From an uncultured virus (IMG/VR IMGVR_UViG_3300027754_000077) (Duplodnaviria > Heunggongvirae > Uroviricota > Caudoviricetes), in IMG/VR virus record IMGVR_UViG_3300027754_000077: 20,000 nt of DNA; one strand, written 5' to 3'. Positions 14,668-20,000 of the stretch are shown here, piece after piece (the first letter of the stretch is position 1; each line of letters opens with the position of its first letter). The notes beneath the pieces were generated by a model, which was given only the letters and a program-made list of their open reading frames with translations, was not told the DNA's origin and did not search any database. The translations under genes and the position numbers were made by a program.

Positions 14668-16716
14668 TTAAGAAGCCCCACCTTTCCAAAGTTGCCGGAA
14701 CATCCTTGATCTTCCACCAGGAAAAGCGTACTCGGGAACAGTTACTGTTCCCATGATTGGTCGAACAGCAATTGGAAGTGTTTTAAGCAATTCATTGAAT
14801 TCCTCCTGATACATTTTGACAGTTTCTTTCAGATTACTTACAGCATCAAAACTTCCAGATTCAGGATCCATAACTAATAATCTCCTTTCCCTTTGATTTA
14901 AACCTACCAGTAGTTGTCTTAACAAGTAATAAGTAGCCCCCACGACAAGAGTGGCATCATAGTAAAATGGAACTGTAGCTACACTGTAAATTTTGTTCAA
15001 ACCAGGTTTTGAGTTTATTGTTTGCAAGGCTAAATACAAAGCATTGTTTATTTGAGCATTTGTAAACATTTTGACATAATAAGATACAAGTAAAGTATCG
15101 TATTCTTGTATGCTGACAGGACTTCCATTGACATCAAAGAAATAAAATTTTCCTTCATTGGTAAATCTATAAAATAAACCATTGGGGTAATTATTAGTCA
15201 ATGTAGATGGATTATCAAATGGATCACTCAGCGATTGATCTAAACTATTGTAGAAACCAGTATAAGGGCTTAGAACAAACATGCTTGATCTTTGTCCGCC
15301 ATTAGTTGAACATGTAATTCTTACTTGTGGGGCAGGATCAGTAACTAAATCACCATATGCTAAAGTTGCAGATGTTCTTTGGTATCCATATAGAGGTTCT
15401 TCATCATAAACTGGAACTCTTAGAAGGGCATTTAATTCATATAAAACAGAAGATTTCAATAATAACTCATCTCCGGTAAATGGCGGTATGGATAATGTTG
15501 ACGAAAAGTCAAAATTAGTTTGTTTAACATAATATGTGTCAGCGGGATTGCCTGAATTATCAATAAATTCGTTGAGCGGCGCTGCCACGCTTGCTACAAA
15601 ATCCAATGCTGCAGGAATATATGTTAGTCGGTTATTTGCATCCCCAACAACAATGTTAAAATAGGCGTCTTCTGCAACACAATTTGGCGCGTCAAATTGT
15701 AAATAGTTTACTCCTGTTGAACCAACTGTGTTCACAATCTGACCAATTGTTGAAGTTTCACTTGCAGTGGATTCCAGTGAATATCCCACTCCATTAAAAC
15801 CATAAGTTTTTGTATTAACAGTGTATGATGCTGAAGCCACAACATTTACAGTATCGTTATAAGAATCACAAGCAACAAGAATTCCAAAATGATTATATAT
15901 TAACGCAGACCAGATTTGATCAGATGGTGTTAGTGTATAATTGAGAGCCCACTGTGTGGAAGTATTACCTAAATTTAAGTTACCATTGTAAATCCATTCC
16001 GATATATTATTATCTGAGTCAGCAATGGCTACTTTTGAGCCGTCATAAGAAGCCATTTTTTTAATTGAGTTGCTTAAGCCATTAGTTGAATCTATAATTA
16101 CACCTGTGGTGCCTGATCCAAGTAAAGCATTGTTTCCACTCATTGAAATTGAACCAGCATAAACATAACTTCCATAAGAATAATAAATATTGTCTTTATA
16201 AAAGTTAAAATCAAAATCTAAATAGTTTGTAGTGTTAATGCCTGTCAGTGTTGCATAGTGAATTGAATTGTTTTTGGTGAATGTGGAATTTGAAAAGTTA
16301 AAAACAGTTAAAAATGATGCAAACCCAACCATTATTACCTCACTTGTTCCAATTGTGCTTACTTTCAAAGAAACTGGTGAAGCTGAGCCTAAAGAGTTAT
16401 TATTTGCAAAACCTTGAGTTACAAAAGTGTCTCCTACTTTTTTATAAGCAATTAAGCCAGATTGATTTAAACAGTATAAATATGTTGTCCCAGATCCTAA
16501 AGCTAAAGGCAATCCTAAGTTTTGTGTTGATGAGTTTGTGTAATTAGATACAGTTAGAGGAAATCTGTAATCAGTGTTGGCTTGTCCTTTGAAAATTAAA
16601 GATTGTGTTGAAGGAAAATTTGTGTCTGGATCCCATGATACATATACGCCAGGATAGTGTGCGCTATTATTATATTCTCCTATTAAACCTTGCTGAAATG
16701 GTACTGCACTAGGCAT
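14668..16716 (-). CDS. Putative virion protein: beta-propeller/NHL-like region plus C-terminal neck/adaptor-like domain
   Basis: S/T/N/G-rich beta region, an NHL-like FDAPNCVAEDAYFNIVVGDANNR segment and a helical C-terminus. Confidence 0.65.
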   Translation of the reverse strand: MPSAVPFQQGLIGEYNNSAHYPGVYVSWDPDTNFPSTQSLIFKGQANTDYRFPLTVSNYTNSSTQNLGLPLALGSGTTYLYCLNQSGLIAYKKVGDTFVTQGFANNNSLGSASPVSLKVSTIGTSEVIMVGFASFLTVFNFSNSTFTKNNSIHYATLTGINTTNYLDFDFNFYKDNIYYSYGSYVYAGSISMSGNNALLGSGTTGVIIDSTNGLSNSIKKMASYDGSKVAIADSDNNISEWIYNGNLNLGNTSTQWALNYTLTPSDQIWSALIYNHFGILVACDSYNDTVNVVASASYTVNTKTYGFNGVGYSLESTASETSTIGQIVNTVGSTGVNYLQFDAPNCVAEDAYFNIVVGDANNRLTYIPAALDFVASVAAPLNEFIDNSGNPADTYYVKQTNFDFSSTLSIPPFTGDELLLKSSVLYELNALLRVPVYDEEPLYGYQRTSATLAYGDLVTDPAPQVRITCSTNGGQRSSMFVLSPYTGFYNSLDQSLSDPFDNPSTLTNNYPNGLFYRFTNEGKFYFFDVNGSPVSIQEYDTLLVSYYVKMFTNAQINNALYLALQTINSKPGLNKIYSVATVPFYYDATLVVGATYYLLRQLLVGLNQRERRLLVMDPESGSFDAVSNLKETVKMYQEEFNELLKTLPIAVRPIMGTVTVPEYAFPGGRSRMFRQLWKGGAS

Positions 16717-16756
16717 ATTATATTTTTATGGAAAAAATGTATTATGCCTTTGCGAT

Positions 16757-17581
16757 TCATTTTTCATCTTCGATAATTATTTCTTCAGCAAAATCCATAT
16801 CATCAGAATTGATGTCAACGTCAAAATCTACTGCATCTTTAATACCAAGCTCACCATCATCATCGAAATCATCAAAGCCTACGATGTCTCTTAAAAGATT
16901 TGCTTTCATAGTTACATCTTCAAGAGTAACATCTGACATATCTTTTGCTTCTTTATTTAAACTAGTCATTTGTGCTTTAACTACACCTGTGTGGTTTGCT
17001 GAATCATTAGCAGGTACAGTATAATAGGCATTTGAAGTTTTTTGATTATTTGAAGCAGTTCTTTGTGCCAAAAGCTTTGGTACAATTCCAGGATCTGATT
17101 CAACAATATGAGCAAATTCTTCAGCAGTCAATACTTCACCTTGATCTTCATGATATCTTGATGCAATTTCGTAAGCTGTTACATAAGACATAGGGTGGCT
17201 TGCTGTTCCAGAGATATCTAACTCACCACTTTTTCTTTTTCCTTTTTCTAAGTCAATGGTATCAACATCTAAAATTTTATCATCTGTTTTAAGTTTTCTA
17301 AAATTTTCTTTTTGTTGTTGCTCTCTCATAAGTTGTTTTTTTTCTTTTTGATACTGCATCTCCATTGTTTTTTCATATTCAGCTTCTGAAAGTTTTCTTA
17401 AAATTCCGTTTCTAATAGAATCTTTCAAATTTCTGGATCTTTTAATAACATTTTCATCTTCCCATGTTAAATCTTTAACTTCAGTTGGTGCAAATGTTAA
17501 ACCAATATCACTCACTGAATGCCAGCCAAGTGTAATATTTTGAACAATAAATGTTTCTCTTTCTGCGCTAGAATTTGCCAT
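16757..17581 (-). CDS. Hypothetical protein with acidic C-terminus
   Basis: Long ORF; likely start ATG 17581 after GTGTATAAAT-N5 (the track uses GTG 17596). Confidence 0.75.
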   Translation of the reverse strand: MANSSAERETFIVQNITLGWHSVSDIGLTFAPTEVKDLTWEDENVIKRSRNLKDSIRNGILRKLSEAEYEKTMEMQYQKEKKQLMREQQQKENFRKLKTDDKILDVDTIDLEKGKRKSGELDISGTASHPMSYVTAYEIASRYHEDQGEVLTAEEFAHIVESDPGIVPKLLAQRTASNNQKTSNAYYTVPANDSANHTGVVKAQMTSLNKEAKDMSDVTLEDVTMKANLLRDIVGFDDFDDDGELGIKDAVDFDVDINSDDMDFAEEIIIEDEK

Positions 17582-17595
17582 AAAGTATTTATACA

Positions 17596-17925
17596 CTAAA
17601 AATCAGATAATTTTTTGCTTCCATTTTTAAACTCATTACCGAGCCAATATTCATTTGAAATATTTTCTCTAGAATCAGGCGGTGCATCTTTTTTTCTTTT
17701 GTGCGTTTCATCTTTCATCCATTTTCCTGATTCTAATCTTTTTTCACTAGCACCAAGTTTTTTTTGATTAGAAGTTCTACCTTCTTTTGTTGAAAAAGAA
17801 TCAAATATTCTTTTCATAGTACCTTCTCCGCAAGGACAAACCATTTCTGATTTATAATCATTTAAAGAAAGGTGAATTTCATGAATCGAGTTATCACAAG
17901 TGCATCTGAATCTGAAAAGCGGCAT
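17596..17925 (-). CDS. FmdB-family zinc-ribbon protein
   Basis: MPLFRFRCTC...CPCGEGTMKRIFDSF; the family N-terminus supports ATG 17925 as the start. Confidence 0.8.
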   Translation of the reverse strand: MPLFRFRCTCDNSIHEIHLSLNDYKSEMVCPCGEGTMKRIFDSFSTKEGRTSNQKKLGASEKRLESGKWMKDETHKRKKDAPPDSRENISNEYWLGNEFKNGSKKLSDF

Positions 17926-18079
17926 AAAAAATTTGTACACTTTTATTGCGTAAAATCTCGCGATCATTTTAAAACAAACATTTACGAAGAAGTAGTTTTT
18001 AAAAATGGTAGAAAAGCATTGAAGGCTGTAAATCCAGCTAATAATGTTGTATCTTATTTAATTGTTAAGGAGTTTTAAA

Positions 18080-19072
18080 TTGCCAAATTATAGAACAATA
18101 ACAGATTTATTGAAAAAAGATGCTGGAAAATTAGCTAAAGGGATAATATACATTTTATTGGGTAAGAAGTTTGATCAACTTCTTCCAGAGTTATTAAGAA
18201 AAATTACAGGACTAAAGGAAGAAAAAAATAATACAAATGAAAAAACATTTTTAGATATTGAAAAAATTAAACAAGATTTTATGAATATGATGACAAGTTT
18301 AGGCTTGGACTCAAGTTTTTTAAAAAGTTTAACAGCCGCAGACATAGTTAGTGTACAAGATTTATCAGATCAACTTTTTTCACATTTTGGAGAAAGAGCG
18401 ATAAATTTTATCAATGACCCAAAAGTTTTTGAATTAATAGAGGCTATGAGTAATTTTGGCTCTAGCATGATAAAGCAAAAAAGTAACTATCCTGAGTTTG
18501 CAACAGATTTAATTAAATATGTTATTGGGTGTAAAAATAAAGCTATTTCAGGTAATGAAATTATAAACACATTAAATGATTTAAAGCAAAAAGCTGATGA
18601 CCCAGCTGCACCTAAATTTAATTATATTCGTGCTCGTTTACAAAACAATTTTGTTTTAGCTCAAGTTTGGCTTTTATTATATGCAATTGGTAAATTTGAT
18701 AAACAAACTTTCACGGAAGTTTCAAATATGGTAATGGAAAATGTAAAACTGCAAGGACCAAATTCAAATGGTTTTAATATAGCTTCTCAACTTGCACGAG
18801 CTAAAAGCTATACTAAATTTGTGCAATTTCTGAGAGACACTACAATTTATAGAATTGAAGTGCCAGAACGCAAAAAATTTGAAATACGCTTACAAGCAGC
18901 TTATGGATCATCATTGAAATGGACAACACTAGATGATGATGATTCAGACAACTGGATGGATAGACAACAGAAATTAAAATTTCGTTCAATGTTGACGTTT
19001 CCAAAACTCACAGAAGCTTTGGAAAGAACCATTGAAAGCTCTAAGGCAGTGGAGGAAATTAACAAACAGTAA
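18080..19072 (+). CDS. Hypothetical protein
   Basis: Long helical ORF; AAGGAG at 18067-18072 supports TTG 18080 as the start. Confidence 0.75.
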   Translation: MPNYRTITDLLKKDAGKLAKGIIYILLGKKFDQLLPELLRKITGLKEEKNNTNEKTFLDIEKIKQDFMNMMTSLGLDSSFLKSLTAADIVSVQDLSDQLFSHFGERAINFINDPKVFELIEAMSNFGSSMIKQKSNYPEFATDLIKYVIGCKNKAISGNEIINTLNDLKQKADDPAAPKFNYIRARLQNNFVLAQVWLLLYAIGKFDKQTFTEVSNMVMENVKLQGPNSNGFNIASQLARAKSYTKFVQFLRDTTIYRIEVPERKKFEIRLQAAYGSSLKWTTLDDDDSDNWMDRQQKLKFRSMLTFPKLTEALERTIESSKAVEEINKQ

Positions 19073-19911
19073 TGGGAAAAATTTTCAAGTCATCAGAAAA
19101 TAAAAGATTTGCACTTATGACAACAATGATGTTAGCTAAGCCTGCAACGCCTTCACCATTTTCTGCTGGTTCTCCAAACATTTCTGATATTCAAAACAAA
19201 ATATCCGAAATTATGGGTAAATATGAGGAAGCAAAATCAAATAAAGAAACTGCTCAAGCTATAAAAACTTCGTATGAAAAAATGATTCCCAAAATCACTC
19301 TTTCTCTCAGCCCTTGTGAAAATCAAATTTCCGAAGAAGCTCTAATAACATTCGAACAATATCAACTAAAATACGAAGAATATATTAAAGCATTACAGGA
19401 ACTAAAAGACGCAACATCACAAAACTCAGAAATAAGCAAAGATTTAATAAATTTAAAAAACACCTTAAGCCGTGGCACCCCTGATATAGCCTCAGATATG
19501 TACAGTATTAATGCATCAATTGCTAAAGTGGCAAATGAATTTAAAAAAGCAAAAAATGATCTTGAAATAGAAACTAAACAATTTCAACAATTTAAAGTTG
19601 TTTCTCCAATTAAAATGCAATTTGCAGAAACAATGACATATTATTGTCAATCTTTAGAACTTTACGAAAAAGCTAAAACAAATCCATTTGTAATGAAAAT
19701 AGCTGTTGATAGTATTTTATATTGGTCAAAATCTGGAATGAAAATTTTAAAAGATTGGAAAAATATTTACACATCTGAAAAAATTACTTTTGTTGACCCT
19801 AAACAAGGTGAATTAATTTCTAGACAGTTTGATACTTTGATAATGAAATTATTTAATAAACAACAAGAATTAATAAAAGAAAGGGCTAATGCAATCCGTG
19901 GTAGAAAATAA
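19072..19911 (+). CDS. Coiled-coil hypothetical protein
   Basis: 279 aa, TAATG-coupled to the upstream gene. Confidence 0.8.
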   Translation: MGKIFKSSENKRFALMTTMMLAKPATPSPFSAGSPNISDIQNKISEIMGKYEEAKSNKETAQAIKTSYEKMIPKITLSLSPCENQISEEALITFEQYQLKYEEYIKALQELKDATSQNSEISKDLINLKNTLSRGTPDIASDMYSINASIAKVANEFKKAKNDLEIETKQFQQFKVVSPIKMQFAETMTYYCQSLELYEKAKTNPFVMKIAVDSILYWSKSGMKILKDWKNIYTSEKITFVDPKQGELISRQFDTLIMKLFNKQQELIKERANAIRGRK

Positions 19912-20000
19912 TTACACACAATCTGGCGCTTTTGAAGAATTTGCTGAATTTAATGTTCCAGACTATATATATGAATTAAATTTCGATATCCAAGTGCCTA

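Noticed and set aside
2501..18078. Antisense ORFs 2501, 3300, 3910, 5430, 5831, 6176, 8484, 9167, 12854, 14366, 16314, 16728 and 17872
   Set aside because: They lie opposite better-supported genes and have no recognisable motifs.
19912..20000. Possible TAG recoding: a minus-strand frame reads GTWISKFNSYI*(TAG)SGTLNSANSSKAPDCV* and ends flush with the convergent gene
   Set aside because: It is a single instance at the window edge. Long ORFs here are intact under code 11, TAG acts as a normal stop at 1155, 5737, 10335 and 17596, and no CUA suppressor tRNA was found.

Overview
AT-rich, gene-dense segment that looks like a large (jumbo/huge) tailed phage genome. It encodes head-tail joining and other virion proteins, an amidase endolysin, RusA, a DnaJ-domain protein, an ATE/Bpt-like aminoacyl transferase, a secreted barnase/RNase Sa-family RNase, two tandem Trp-repeat paralogs, an HNH endonuclease and two tRNA arrays (15 tRNA or tRNA-like genes). 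Main finding: each tRNA array has its own short leader ORF, alternative hairpin, intrinsic terminator and boxA-like element. Each leader's codons match the amino acids of the tRNAs downstream: L/H/Y/P/A for array 1 and Q/G/S/I/C/F/M for array 2. This suggests a ribosome-stalling attenuator that makes phage tRNAs only when those tRNAs are depleted. Other findings: a promoter-like AGG at -33/-34 from ten start codons (leaderless mRNAs), a strongly over-represented dispersed 10-mer CAGATTGTGT, a PHP fold with no metal ligands, and several non-canonical tRNAs. All calls come from reading the sequence by eye; no searches or folding programs were run.
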